DNA of 64,000 bases from Octopus sinensis (lineage: Eukaryota): positions 67,766,001-67,830,000 of the forward strand of contig NC_042998.1 in the NCBI RefSeq assembly GCF_006345805.1. The letters are read 5' to 3'. The notes beneath the pieces were generated by a model. It did no database searches and was not told the origin of the DNA. It worked only from the letters and a program-made list of their open reading frames with translations. Made by a program: the position numbers and the translations under genes. Shown piece by piece: positions 12,738 to 25,842 of this stretch (positions within the stretch are counted from its first letter, which is position 1; the number at the start of each line of letters is the position of its first letter).

Positions 12738-14310
12738 TAGGCGCAGGAGTGGCTGTGTGGTAAGTAGCTCGCTTACTGCTACCAAGTAGTCGCGTTGTTT
12801 TTCGTCGCGGTGGAAGTCACGTCATATGTGAAAAATTGAACATTTGAAGCACGACCAAACGTAAAGCATCTGTTTGGGGGGGGGGGGGTGCTCAGTGGGG
12901 CCTGCTGTTTGTATTTAAATATCTTTTCGAACAGGAGTCTCCACTGGGTTCCAGACATTTGCTTGCCAGTGGTCGTATAAGAAGACTCACTGCGCAGTGA
13001 GAATTGTGTTTATTTTTGGAGGCATGTCCGTCCGAAAATTTTTTGGAATTTTCTATGACTGTGTTTGTGCCCTTTCAAGTGGATTTTTACCATAAAGGAT
13101 AGGCGTACAGCCAGAGTTGGACGGAATACTATTTTTGCTGCGAAGGACTACCAGTTTGAATTACCAGAGTAGCAGAATTGTGTTGTCTTGCGTTACCATT
13201 TTGGATTATCTTCCTTCGCTCTTTCTTCTCCTGCCTGTCCTTCCTCCGGTGATGTCAGATGAATTCCACCCTCCCGTTGTAAAAGGAAAAGAGAAAAAAG
13301 AAAAACGGGGCATTGCCGGCGATGGCATGTCCCGAAACCCCTTGGGTGGGATGTGTGCCACCAGAGTGGGGAAGAAGATAACCTCGTCCCTCCCAGTGAA
13401 AGTGGTGAAGAATATATGTTCTATCTCAGGGGGGGATCTATTGACAGTTTTCTGGAGAACAATAGGGATAGTCGGGTCCTGGGGGAACCGACTTGTATTG
13501 ACACCCCAATGTGGCCTCAGCAGGTGGTTGCTCTGGTGGTGGAAAGAAAGTTTTGTGCTCTTACAATTGATTCGTGTAAAAACGAGAATTATAGATTTTT
13601 TTTTTTTTTGGAGTCCTGGATTGCGTTTGCAGGAATGCCTGCGAGTTGCAAGAAAATTACTCGGGGAAGGACTGTAGAGGTTTTTCGCCTCAAATTTTTG
13701 TATATATTGTGTATTATAATTGTATGGACTTTTTAGTCCAAATATATGGTATTTTAAATTGTAAGAGGGTAAATATCTCTGTATATGCGTTTTTAAAGAA
13801 CAATGTTTTAGAGAAGCAGAAAGTCGGCGGGCGCTTTCTGTCTTCTCCCATCCTTATCATTTTTGTATCATAATCATTCACCTCATTAATGTCTGTGTCC
13901 AACCCGCAAAGGTACCTTATCTATGTGCTGCCTATATGGCAAATGTAATGAATAAAAGTATCTCGCTTACCAACCAAATGGTTCCGGGTTCAGTCCCGCT
14001 GCGTGACACCTTGGGCAAGTGTCTTCTACTATAGCCTCGGGCCGACCAAAGCTTTGTGAGTGGATATGGTAGATGGAAACTGAAATATTACCGTCGTAGA
14101 TGTGTGTCTGTGTCTGTGTTTGTCTCCCCACCATTGCTTGACAACCGATGATGGTGTGTCTACGTCTTCGTAACTTAGCGGTTCGGCAAAAGAGAGTGAT
14201 AGAATAAGTACAAGGCTTACAAAGAATACGTCTAGTTGTTCGAATATAAGGCCGTGCTCCAGCATGACTGCAGTCAAATGACTGAAACAAATAAAAGAAT
14301 AAAAGATATA
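12738..14310 (+). mobile_element. SINE family A split by a 1.18-kb insertion
   Basis: Head at 12738-12776; body resumes at 13971 (caaccaaatggttccgggttcagtcc...) and runs to the tail at ~14310. Confidence 0.85.
12777..13955 (+). mobile_element. 5'-truncated non-LTR retroelement insertion, possibly L1/Tx1-type ORF2 3' end
   Basis: Flanked by a 15-bp TSD aagtagctcgcttac (12762-12776) / aagtatctcgcttac (13956-13970); GC-richer than the flanks; ends ...gtaatgaataa(aa). ORF 13117-13677 faintly resembles the L1/Tx1 C-terminus (PP..K.K, SLPV...CSI.GG...TVFW). Confidence 0.5.
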
Positions 14311-14503
14311 TTAATAAAAATATTCCAAATAAGAAACAGAAAAATAAATGGGATATTCTTGGTTCGAATATCATTGGATGAAAGTAAGTTTTAGAAAATG
14401 AATGTTCATCTCAGACTTAACAGTGACATCTTTAAACTGATGGTTATTTGAAATCTCTTATAATTGTCAGCTTTGAATATTTTCTTCAATATATCTCCTT
14501 ATA

Positions 14504-14744
14504 CAGTAATTCCTCGCCATATCGTGGTTCACTTATCGCGGCTCACCTATCGCGGTTTATTATTTATGCTTACGTCGATTCGTCCGTGGTGTTGTTTTGT
14601 ATTTATAATAAAATAAATATACAAATTTTAGAAATAATTTTAATAAAATATACAGTACTGTACTCTTTCTACTTTGCGGATTTTCACATATCACGTGGGG
14701 TGGCGTCTTGGAACGTAACACCCGCGATAGTCGAGGGATTAGTG
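14504..14744. mobile_element. Tc1/pogo (Tigger-like) MITE
   Basis: TA-CAGTAATTCCTCGCCATATCG ... CGCGATAGTCGAGGGATTAGTG-TA: imperfect TIRs with a TA target duplication. Confidence 0.75.
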
Positions 14745-15498
14745 TATGTAGATACTGGCAATATGCTACCAACAAATGACACTTACTTTGAAATGAGTGT
14801 TATGAGACCCAGTCAATCCTGGCCCCCTACCTGTTGATATGCCTAGATTCTGATGAACATCGTAAATTCACACACACACAGATATGTATGTATCTAGGTG
14901 TACAGTCATTTTAACATGTTCGAGCACATTTGGACGGGTTAAGACTCCGCTGGCAGCAGAGATCATCCCAGAATAAAATATTTCATCTAGACTTGTGTGA
15001 AAACACATTTTGGGGAGTTTGGAGACGTCATTGGATCGTATTCTGTGCCGACGTTAGAAAAACGAAATCCGTCATTCACAGTCGAAATAAAAATAAACTT
15101 ACTGAATGCTGCTTCGTGCGACATTATTTAATTTTAATTTCATCAGGCTTTACATTTATCAGCCAACATTCCGTATACTGTTCTAATAAAGATAACTTCG
15201 TTCTCATTCGAGCTTTCAACGGCAGAATTGGTTTTCGTTGTAATGAAGCGCAACGACACCGAAACGTATTTATCCTCCGATCCTGTGACGTCCGTCACAG
15301 CCCTCCCCTAGGCGGAGAATTTTCTTCTGGAGCAATCTCCGAAGCAAAAGATCATGTCACATCCGAATACACTTGAATGACTCAAATACAATTTTGGACG
15401 ATTATTTTAATATTCAGTGCAGCTTCATGCATCATAGCATTATCTATTTATATGTGTCCGTGTGCGTTGGGGGTGGTACATGTATATGTATGTATGTG

Positions 15499-15572
<74 letters not shown>

Positions 15573-15799
15573 GTGTGACTGCGTGTGTATACACTCACAC
15601 AAACATACACGCAAACACATACACACACACACACACGTATATGAAATTTAAATCGTAGATCTGACCCACGATTGGTTCCAGGTGTGGTCAGATCTATACT
15701 TGATCCTGGATTTGGTATCTTGTATATGCAAATGGATTTTTAAATTTTTAAATTGGTTCAGCTTCAAAGCTGCGGTCATGCTGGGGCACCACCGTTGAC

Positions 15800-16953
15800 T
15801 GTGCTACACTATTATTTGAAACTCCTCTGATATATTGCATTTGGTGAATGAGGGAGTTTGATGTCGCTGTACTCATCTATGCTTCTTGCTATGGTAGGCT
15901 CATCTGGAACCTTTGACAGGAGGAGAACCAGATTTGTTTTGGAGACACCTACATCCACACCATGCAGGTCGGTCTCTCCGGCGTTTTGGAATGATATTGA
16001 AGAGCTATTGGCCCTTGAAACCAAGCAGTTGCAGTATATGGTCTTGTACTTTGATGGTGATTCTGCGATCTTTGACACTATGCAGCGGCGCCCCGTTCTG
16101 CTGTTTGTATAACTTTTGATGCCAAAGTCTGGTACAACGCCCTCCAGGATTTTCTAGATGTACATCACTGCATATATTTCCCGCCTTCGTTCTACGGAGA
16201 AGATTTTTAATTCTGTCAGTCTTTCCCAGTAGCTGATACGTTGCATTGAAACGATATTCTTTGTTTAGCTTCGTTGGATTGCTTCGAAATCCACGGTTAA
16301 TTTAATTTTGTATGCTGACCATAGTTGGGAGCAGTAGTCCAAGCGGCTGAGGATGTGTGCTCTCCAAAGGACCATCATCGTCTCCTTTTCGCTTGTTTTG
16401 AAAGTCTGGAAGATCCATCCAGCATTTTGTTACCTAATTTGTAATATGCCCTTGGAAAGAAGCATCATTGCTCATATCAAAACTCAAGTCACGCACTGAT
16501 TTTTATTCAGGGACTGCAATTCCTTCTGGGCCGAAGTATTCTGTCTGCAATGTCGTCCAGCTTTGTGTGCTCGTGGCGAAGGGCTTCGAATTTTCATTGA
16601 TGAAACTGCATGTTGTTGTCCTCAACCCACCTGTATATTGCATCCAACTCCCGTTGCAGATGTGCAATATTTACATGATTTTGAATTGTTTGAGAGACCT
16701 TTGTCTCATGTGGATATAGCTAGCAAGGGTGGCTATCTGAGCAGATGGGGCTATTTCTGAGAGGGCCTCTATGAATAGCAGTGGCCCTAAGACAGTGCGT
16801 TTTGGAACACTACTTGCTAGTTGTATTTCCTTTGAGGTGGATCCATTGACCACCACTGCCTTTTAGCAATTCTCCAAGTTTTCGAGCAGTTTGTAACATA
16901 TCATACCATGGTTGACTTTATCAAAGGCTTTTGCAAAGTCCAGATATATCATA
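15800..16953 (-). mobile_element. CR1/L2-type LINE, decayed RT and C-terminus
   Basis: Minus strand gives IYLDFAKAFDKVNHG ... VVVNGSTS...SSVPKRTVLGPLLFI ... W.FQTFK...MMVLWRAHILSRLDYCSQLW, with many stops and frameshifts. Confidence 0.85.
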
Positions 16954-17415
16954 TGTATTTGTGTATATATTTACCTGAGTGTGTGTGTAATTTTATTAAG
17001 TCTGTATGTGTATAATGCATGAATTGGTGAAAGCCTATGTTTACAAACGGTGCCAAAATTAATTATCATAAAAGTTATAGAAAAGAATTGCGTTATTCTG
17101 AAACATGATCATATAACTCGAATAACCACCCTTTATATATCAACACTAGCATTTCGTTAACAAAATACTGCCTTTTATTGCTCACTACGTAGAAGATGAG
17201 AAAATTACAGTTATTTCCTGCATAGAACAAACACATAATATAACGGACTTTCTTCCGTTTACTTTTTCTCTTTGTTATTGTCTTATACCAATGAAACCCC
17301 CCACGTAGTTGTTTTATTTCTATGCTCTCTCACTTAAGTAATGCCAAACTTAAAATCGCACGTACAGTTAAATATGCACGTTTGAGTGCGTACGTGTGTG
17401 TTTGCGTGAATGCTG

Positions 17416-17506
<91 letters not shown>

Positions 17507-17690
17507 AAGTATGTAGATGCCCTGCAATTTGTTATGTCTGCCTGCTATTATAATTTAATGTAGTGAAACATAACTGGTATGCTGAAAGAAAATTATTATA
17601 AACCACACATGTGGAAGGTTGTATACATTTCGATAGGGTTAAATTATATGCATTTATTTACAACTCAATATCACCCCCATACATATACGA

Positions 17691-17726
<36 letters not shown>

Positions 17727-17814
17727 TAGTATTACTATCTCATGCAATTTGTTAGAAACACTAAACAGGTCCCTGCTTCTGTAAACAAGCAAATTATATA
17801 TCATTTCTTTAATA

Positions 17815-18265
17815 GCACACTTTTATTCTTTCTTACTTGTTTCACTGATGAGATTGCAGCCATGCTGGAGCACCGCCTTGAAGAAATTTTAATCGAATGG
17901 ATTGATCCCCCCCACCCCCACCGTTGTACTTTTCTTTTAAGCCTGGTAATTACTTTATTTATATCTTTTGCCGAACCTCTCAGTTACAGGAACCTAAACA
18001 CACCAACACTAGTTATGAAGTGGTGGTGTGAGACAAACACAGAGAAAAACACACGTATACACACTCACACACACGCATTATATATGTATATATGGAGATA
18101 GATAGATAGAGAGATAGATACGACGGGCTTTTTCAGTTTCCGTCTACCAAATCCAAGCACAAGGTTTTAGTCGGCCTAAGGCTATAGTAAAAGACACTTG
18201 TCAAAGGTGCCACACAGTGGGACTGAACCCGGAACCATGTGGTTGGGAAGCAAGCTTCTTACCAC
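17815..18265 (-). mobile_element. SINE family A
   Basis: Reverse complement of the family A head (gtggtaagaagcttgcttcccaaccacatggttccgggttcagtcccactgtgtggcacctttgacaagtgtc) and tail. Confidence 0.8.
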
Positions 18266-18444
18266 TCGGCAACATCTTGACATTATTTGCAATGAATACT
18301 CCAACGTGAAGTGGCAAGGTGGTAAGAGCGCCGTGCAAAACGTAATATTGTATTTGAATAATCACAAAGCTATGTGAGTGCCTAAAGTTCACGGAAACTC
18401 AAAAAAAAGCCAGTCGTATAAATGTGCACTCGAGTGTGCGTATC

Positions 18445-18770
18445 AAGGCGTGTTGCATGGTGGTTAGGGTATTCGGTTCACACTCATAAGGTTGTGAGTT
18501 CGTTTTCCAATGGCGAGTTGTGTGCTTGAGTGAAACACATTGTTTCGCGTTGCTCCATTCCAGTCTGTTGGCCAAACTTGAGTTTTAGCTGTATCTCAAA
18601 GGGTCAGCCCTGTCACATTCAGTGTCAAGTTGAATTTCCGTGAGGACGACCTTAAGGGTTTGCGTATTTGTGGAAAGCTCAGTCACTTGCACGTTAATTT
18701 TATGAGCAAGCTGTTTCCCTTGATCGAATCAACTGGAAATCTCGTCGTCGAAACGGACGGAGTGATATTT
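18445..18770 (+). mobile_element. Degenerate SINE family D
   Basis: aaggcgtgttgcatggtggttagggtattcgg...gttgtgagttcg...cttgagtgaaacaca...gttgctccattcc; similar to the 30215-30540 copy. Confidence 0.6.
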
Positions 18771-18789
18771 ACGTGTGTGTGTGAGTGAC

Positions 18790-19025
18790 AGAGAGGGAGA
18801 GAGATTTTGTTTGTGTGTGAGTGTTTCTGTTTCTGTTTGTCCCCCATCATCACTTGGCAACTGTTGCTGGTATGTTTGCACTCCATAACAGCTCAGCAAA
18901 GAGATCCGATAGAATTAGTACCAGACTTAAGAAAAATATTAGGGTTGATTCTTTCGACAATTACCTTTCAAGGTTCTGCCCCAGTATGGCCGCAGTCCAA
19001 TGACTGAAACTTGTAAAAGATAAAA
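18790..19025 (+). mobile_element. SINE family A, 3' half
   Basis: gtttgtcccccatcatcacttggcaactgttgctgg...ccccagtatggccgcagtccaatgactgaaacttgtaaaagataaaag. Confidence 0.7.
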
Positions 19026-19157
19026 GACAAACCATAGAGACAACAGGTATGCAATATCCACGTAACAACCACATATGCAATAGCTATATGCGACAGATAT
19101 ACAATAGCTGTGTGCAAGACGTAGACAATAATTACATAGCAACATACACAGTAAAAA

Positions 19158-19306
19158 ACGGATATTTGTCCCCATCTTGTTTGTTGTAAACACGTTTCGG
19201 CTAATATACCATCCAGCCTTCATCAGGTGTCTTGGGTTCTCATTCCTAAGGTATTTTGGGATGTTATTATAAGTATTATTATTATTAATATTCAGGCAGT
19301 AACCTA

Positions 19307-19375
<69 letters not shown>

Positions 19376-19560
19376 AACAACAACAACAACAACAACATCG
19401 AAAACGCTTCAGGAATGAGAACCCAGGTTAAGAATTTCCCCAATACACCTAACGAAGGCTGGAGGGTGTATCAGCCAAAACGTTGTGTTAACAACAAACA
19501 AGATGAGAAGAAATATCCGTCAATTGTAAATAATGTACATAATTCCTCAGCTCTTAAATA
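19158..19560. repeat. Inverted pair of Penelope-pLTR-like fragments with decayed hammerhead motifs flanking (AAT)n
   Basis: 19158-19268 (-) is similar to 19390-19520 (+). Cores read ACAC-CTGATGA-AGGCT..AGCC-GAAACG and ACAC-CTAACGA-AGGCTG..CAGCC-AAAACGTT-GTGT. Confidence 0.6.
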
Positions 19561-20345
19561 CAGAACTATACACAATAAAAGTTCAGCATCTTTTGTGTTG
19601 TCTGCGAAGTGCGCTGCCATCAGTATAATCGGCGTCAGTCAAGTAGGCGGCAGGATATCTTCTGTTTCTTGATTTCTGTAAAGTGAAACCCAGATCATTA
19701 TGTTGATCTATTAAGGTAAAGACACAGGATGTACAAGTAACGAGCTAGTGTGCAGTACTCCTCCACGAACGACATTTACTCCATCTCCTGGAAAATGCTG
19801 CCACTAACATAGGACTATATGTGAATGAAAAGAAGACAGAGTTTATCACCCTGAACACAAGAGGTGAAATCAGGACCGTCAAACAGAAGCCCTTGAAAAA
19901 TGTCGACGAGTTTACTTACCTAGGCAGCAATATCGTGTCCAGTGAAAAAAGTATTAAATCTCGCGTTGCTACAGGCGGTCGTAGAATAATATGGAAGTCA
20001 ACACTACCAGATGAATTGAAGATACAGTTCTTCAATGTTACGTGCAATGCTCAACATCTCTTGGAGCATCCAACAAGACAACAGTTATATGGGAGTGTAT
20101 CAACTTTCTCATCAACCATCCAAGAGCGGAGATTGAGGTTTGCTGGGTACTGCTGGAGGCGTAAAGAAGAACTAGTTAGTAATGTACTGTTGTGGACACC
20201 AAATCATGGTGCCACAGCGGCTGGACGACCACGCTTGCAGAAGGGGTTGGGTACCAAGTTGAAGACTTCAAAACACTATTGGGAGATCAGGAGAGATTGA
20301 GAGAGGGAGTCAAGCTGGCTTTGGCAATCATGCTGAGTGGATGAT
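19561..20345. mobile_element. RTE-clade LINE fragment with inverted 5' part (19561-19787 minus, 19788-20345 plus)
   Basis: Minus: GVL..TLA.YL..., LGFTLQKSRNRRYPAAYLTDADYTD..AL.DNTKDAELLL. Plus continues ENAATNIGLYVNEKKTE...VDEFTYLGSNI...IQERRLRFAGYCWRRKEE...GRP. Confidence 0.85.
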
Positions 20346-21359
20346 GCCTCGAGAAAATAATGAAAATAAATATATATTGTAGTGATATACCACACATATA
20401 CACGATTCATATACAACCACATATTCACTAACCATATACAATGGTCTCTAGTAAGTAGTCCACTGTACTAATTTATATATCATTCCTATTTCCACGTTAC
20501 CCTTTATTTTCATTTCAAACATTGTTTTATTGCTTCAGAGTGGTGATAATTTTTTCTTTCATTTCGGTTAAAAAAATTTTCAAAACTTTTGGATTTTGTA
20601 ATTTTTATTAATTTTATACAACTTTTTTTCTGATAAAAATTTCGTTTGGGGGAAAACAAAAACAAAACCAAATAAACGAAAGAGTGAGCTTATATCGTGG
20701 AATCGATCGACTTAACCAGCCAATAGGGATTACCTACTGTAAGTGTCCTGCCTATTACAATAAACGACTGACTACGAGCAATAAAACTTTCTGTGAAACA
20801 CAATTCATGCTGGCGTGAACACATTTTTTTTTCTTCCTTTGCTGCTCTTTACATTTTATTATTTTTTTTCTGTTAATATTTTTATCGTTTTATTTTCCCC
20901 AGTGAAACAGAATCTATTGTTTTACTACATGAAGTTGAACGTTTCTTTCGAGTCTGCTTTTGGCTTTTGTTTGTATATTTGTTTGTCAGTGGTTGTTTCT
21001 GTTATTGCTGTTGTTGTTCTTGTTGCTGCTGTTGCTGGCGTTGTTCTTTTCGTTTTATTCTTCACTTTGTTCACAGTAAATTTCTTGAAGGCTAACAACC
21101 CATAACTAATTTTTTTCTTCGTTTTTTTTTATTTCACTGCGAGAAAATAAAGTTAAATTCACCGAGAGACAGAGAGGTGGGGCAGAGAAGGAAAGATAGA
21201 GTTGGACAAGAGAGAGAGAGAGGGGGGGAGGGTGAAAAGGAAGGGTTAAAGAGAGCGAGAGAGAAGGAGTGAAAGAAAAATAGCTCTATCACATAACCTA
21301 CATTGTAAAATTCTGTACTTTTTCTTTGGTCAGTGTTAATATTGCTATCAATATTATCA

Positions 21360-21730
21360 AAGGCAGTGACCTAGCAAAGGGCTTAGCGGCATTTCGTCGT
21401 GATATGAAATTCCACCGAGATCGAATTTGCCTTTCATTCTTTCGGCGTGGATGAAATAAGTACAATTTGAACATTGAGTTCGACAGAATCGACTTACCCC
21501 TTCCCCGAACTTGCAGGCCTTGTGCTAAAATTTGAAACCTTTGTTAAAAGCAGAACTGGCAGAATCGTTAGGGCGATGGGCAAAATGCTAAACATTTGGT
21601 CCACTTTTACGTTCTGTGTTCAACTTTTGCTGAGGTCGACTTTGCCTTTAATCCTTCGGGAACGGCTAAAATAAACTGCCAGTCAGGTACTGGATACAAT
21701 GTAATCGACTTACCCCCATCCTTCAAAATT
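21360..21730 (+). mobile_element. Two tandem degenerate SINE family B copies
   Basis: Two successive ggcagaatcgttag / tttgcctttcattctttcgg / aatcgacttacccc units (21360-21540, 21545-21730). Confidence 0.7.
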
Positions 21731-22203
21731 GCTTTCTATTTTTGTCTATGTTGATTATGATATTGTTTAGCCTGAGTTCATTTCTGACCAAATACACCAC
21801 AAATCGTCCCAGCCATTGCTATTCTGTCCAGCCCCCAAGCACTATATACAGCTTAGAACTCTATTAGCCTTTGTTTCTCATTCATTTCCAAAGCAACATA
21901 AAATAACTGGAGGATAATTTGACTGTTATTTACAGTATATCGAGCGACCATCTAGTGACTATCTAACTACCCTGGTTTTGTTATATACCAGGACATTGGT
22001 GGAGCATCCTAATGAGTGAAAGTATAAACTCTATTCTCCTAAACTATATTCGCCTTAATTTAGACTCTATGCTTTATTCTAAACTTTAGATTAGATACGA
22101 AAGCAAAGTCGTTGATCTTGGGAGTGAAATTTGTGGTTTTGTCGCAGATCAGCAAAAATTTATATGTATTAAACTGTAGTAGTCACTAACAGGGTCAGAT
22201 GTA

Positions 22204-22438
22204 TTAAACCGCACTTATCAATAATAGAGTCTGCCAGGCGCGTACAGCTTCATTAGTAAAGGACTTAGGTCGCATTTTGGGACGTAAAATGACCGAGGTT
22301 ACTATACTTTCCACTGTACACGATGCTGGTACATCGCAAGGATACTCTCGAGATGCTGTTCGTATAAATTTTCGCTTGAGTACACCAGAACGAAGTGAAA
22401 GAAACTGTTTGACACGGGAAACCAGGGCGCTAAATGGT
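22204..22438 (-). other. Weak candidate terminal coding exon
   Basis: Acceptor GTGTTTTTATTTCACAG followed by an open frame (PFSALVSRVKQFLSLRSGVLKRKFIRTASREYPCDVPASC...) in unique, GC-richer sequence; no recognisable homology and no strong donor. Confidence 0.2.
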
Positions 22439-22555
22439 CTGTGAAATAAAAACACGGACTCACAATCTTAAAAGAGTGAGATCAACGCCCGTATCAAACA
22501 GTCTGCATGCCTTAATAATCATCTATATACTAGGAATATTATAAATACTGGCATA

Positions 22556-22691
22556 TATAGGCGCAGGAGTGGCTATGTGATAAGTAGCTTGCTTACCAAC
22601 CACATGGTACCTTGGGCAAGTGTTTTCTGCTATAGCCTCGGGGCAACCAGAATGAGTAGATTTGGTAGACAGAAACTGAAAGAAGACCGTC

Positions 22692-22745
<54 letters not shown>

Positions 22746-22945
22746 TTTTTATTTGTGTCTGTGTTTGTCTCCCCACCATCGCTTGGCAACCGATGTTGGT
22801 GTGTTTACGTCCCCATCACTTTGCGGTTCGAGAAGAAGAGTCCGATAGAATAAGTACTAGGCTTACAAAGACTAAGTCCTGGGGTCTAAAGGAGGTGCTC
22901 CAGCATGGCCACAGTCAAGTGACTGAAACAAATACAGAAATACAT
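22556..22945 (+). mobile_element. SINE family A, near full length
   Basis: ataggcgcaggagtggctatgtgataagtagcttgcttaccaaccacatgg...gtgctccagcatggccacagtcaagtgactgaaac. Confidence 0.85.
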
Positions 22946-23318
22946 TAATATACATCGCAAATATAAATTTAGAAATTGGTCTTCACAGGATGCTAAATAT
23001 TTGAATGGAACATGGAAAACTAGTTATAAATAACAAGAAGAATGTAGAAAGCGTATGTGAAGATGGTGAATTTGGATAATTTCCTATGCTGTAGAATGGA
23101 TGTAATGTTTTAGAGCTGTTGTATCGATTAAGAGAGAGCGAGAGAGATTGGAGAGAGAGAGAGAGAGAATACACAAGTGATGGATGTATGAAGGTAGATA
23201 TCTCGCTCTTCCAACCCCCTCTTTCTCTCTCTCTCTCTCTTTCTCTATCTACCTTTCTATGCATATTATACATACGTACATACATACATATATATATATG
23301 TATATATATTCTTTTATT

Positions 23319-23375
<57 letters not shown>

Positions 23376-23695
23376 TATATACACATATATATACATATAC
23401 ATTGAGATAGATAGATACGTACATACATATAGACATATATATATACATACATATATGCATGTGTGTGCACGTATATACAGAGTGTATATATTTTCAACAA
23501 GAGAACCCTACTCTCCACCTGATTTCTCAACGCTTATTTGTTGTCGGCATTCCTTTGAAGATTTGGTATACATATATACATAAACACACACATACAAATA
23601 CGCACGCGCGCACACACGCAAACACGCACATCCATACACACACACGTACACACGCACGCGCACACACACAAATATATATATACATAATTGAAACC

Positions 23696-23790
23696 AAATG
23701 TGACTAAGGTGTTAGAAACTCCCACATTGCTTGAAATAGAAGCTCTTATTTCTAGCAACGTAGCCATTTTTTAACACCTTAGTCTCACTT
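23696..23790. mobile_element. Internally deleted mini-MITE of the same family as 52734-53150
   Basis: TIRs aaatgtgactaaggtgtta / taacaccttagtctcactt; shares acattgct.gaaata...tttctagcaa.gt with the longer copy. Confidence 0.65.
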
Positions 23791-23851
23791 AGTGACAATT
23801 ATAATTTTACTTTTCGGTGAAACATTGCAGCCTGACTTCCTGTGTATATTA

Positions 23852-23902
<51 letters not shown>

Positions 23903-23920
23903 GTATATATAGATATATAT

Positions 23921-23962
<42 letters not shown>

Positions 23963-23984
23963 TGACTGCTAGCTTCAAGGTTTT

Positions 23985-24145
23985 TTTTTATTCTCACTCT
24001 GTATATTTCCATGTGTTCCGTTCTTTTGAAGAGCGTAGGCTCGAAACGTTAAAGACTTTCTCACCTTCCGAGCATTAAACTAATACACCTGTTTGTTGTT
24101 TATACACCTGTCTACTTCTTTTATTTTTTCTGTAAATTTCGAATA
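23985..24145 (+). repeat. Penelope-pLTR-like fragment with hammerhead-like motif (family also at 44.2-45.3 kb)
   Basis: TGAAGAGCGTAGGCTCGAAACGTTAAAG at 24027-24054; flanked by (TA)n. Confidence 0.55.
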
Positions 24146-24208
24146 TATATATATATATACATACGCACACACAATATATATATTATATATATATATATAT
24201 ATACACAC

Positions 24209-24269
<61 letters not shown>

Positions 24270-24298
24270 TATATACATATACATATATATATATATAT

Positions 24299-24364
<66 letters not shown>

Positions 24365-24621
24365 GCATTCTCCATTATGTTTCTATTGTTATGATATTTT
24401 CTCCTATATCAAAAAACATAATAGCATCTCTAGCAATAACTAGATTTCAAAATTGTAAAATGCTAATAACAAAGAAAAACCGACGATAGACACGAGTACA
24501 TAAGAACATGTGGAACGTGTAGTGTCTTTGATATAGAGCTAAACGGGCATACACTTGGATATGTATTCCTAGGAAAGAACAACCTCTTTCCACTCAGATC
24601 TATTTAACACTCGTTATATAA

Positions 24622-24655
<34 letters not shown>

Positions 24656-24917
24656 ACGTAGACGACGGGTTTCTTTCAGTTTCCGTGTACCAAATCTACT
24701 CACAAATCTTTGGTTGGCCCGTAAGTACAGTTGAACACATCTGCACGCAGTGTGACTGAACCTGGAACCACGTGAATGGGAAGCAGGCTTCTCCACACTG
24801 CCACGAATTATACACATACGTATATACATATATCTATATATAGATAGATAGATTTATATGTAGGTAGGTAGATAGGTAGTAGGTAGATATATGCTTGTAT
24901 ATTTATATATATATATC

Positions 24918-24955
<38 letters not shown>

Positions 24956-25593
24956 GTATATATATATATACATGCATATATATATACATGTATATATTCT
25001 TATATGTGTGTATGTATGTATATGTATATTCATGTTTTTCTTGCCTCTACTATTCTCATGTTTTATATTAATTCTCAGCTACATGTTATGTTAATTAGAT
25101 CGTATATATAATAGATTCGTTTCATCATAATCACATGTGAAAATTGCAATGCATATGAGATATACATGGATATCAATTGTCAATAACTCCAAACGCGATG
25201 TGCAGGAGCAATTTTCTGTGGTATGCAATCAGCAAAAACTGTATCGGATAAACCGATAGCAATATTGATTAAACTATCTCGTTAGTTTGAAATAGCAGTT
25301 GTCTGCTTCTTAGAGCGTTTCTGCCTTTGGCAAACCGCCTGCATTTTCACTTTTTTTATGTTCTCTTTTTCAGCGATTACAGAAATGAACGAACAGCTAT
25401 AATTTGGTGCAATTGGCAGATAAGCTGGCTTCTCTCCTCTCGTTTTCACTCTCACTCTTCTATGTCATTTGCTATATATAATATATATATATATATATAT
25501 ACGCCACATATAATATCTATTATATATATATATTAATATAACACACACACGCATATATATACAGATAATAATATAAATTACATATAGAATAGT

Positions 25594-25635
<42 letters not shown>

Positions 25636-25801
25636 GTATATATATATATGTATGTATGTACATATATATGTAGTATATAAGTAATAGATATCTATATATA
25701 GAGAGAGAGGGAGAGACAGCCAGACAGATAGACAGTAGACAGATACAGAGGGACATACCGTTGGTGTGCGTACACACACACACACACACCATATATAGAA
25801 T

Positions 25802-25842
<41 letters not shown>

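Noticed and set aside
14900-15380. 148-aa ORF or possible Tc1/mariner remnant
   Set aside because: No convincing DDE or HTH motif recovered by eye; left unannotated.
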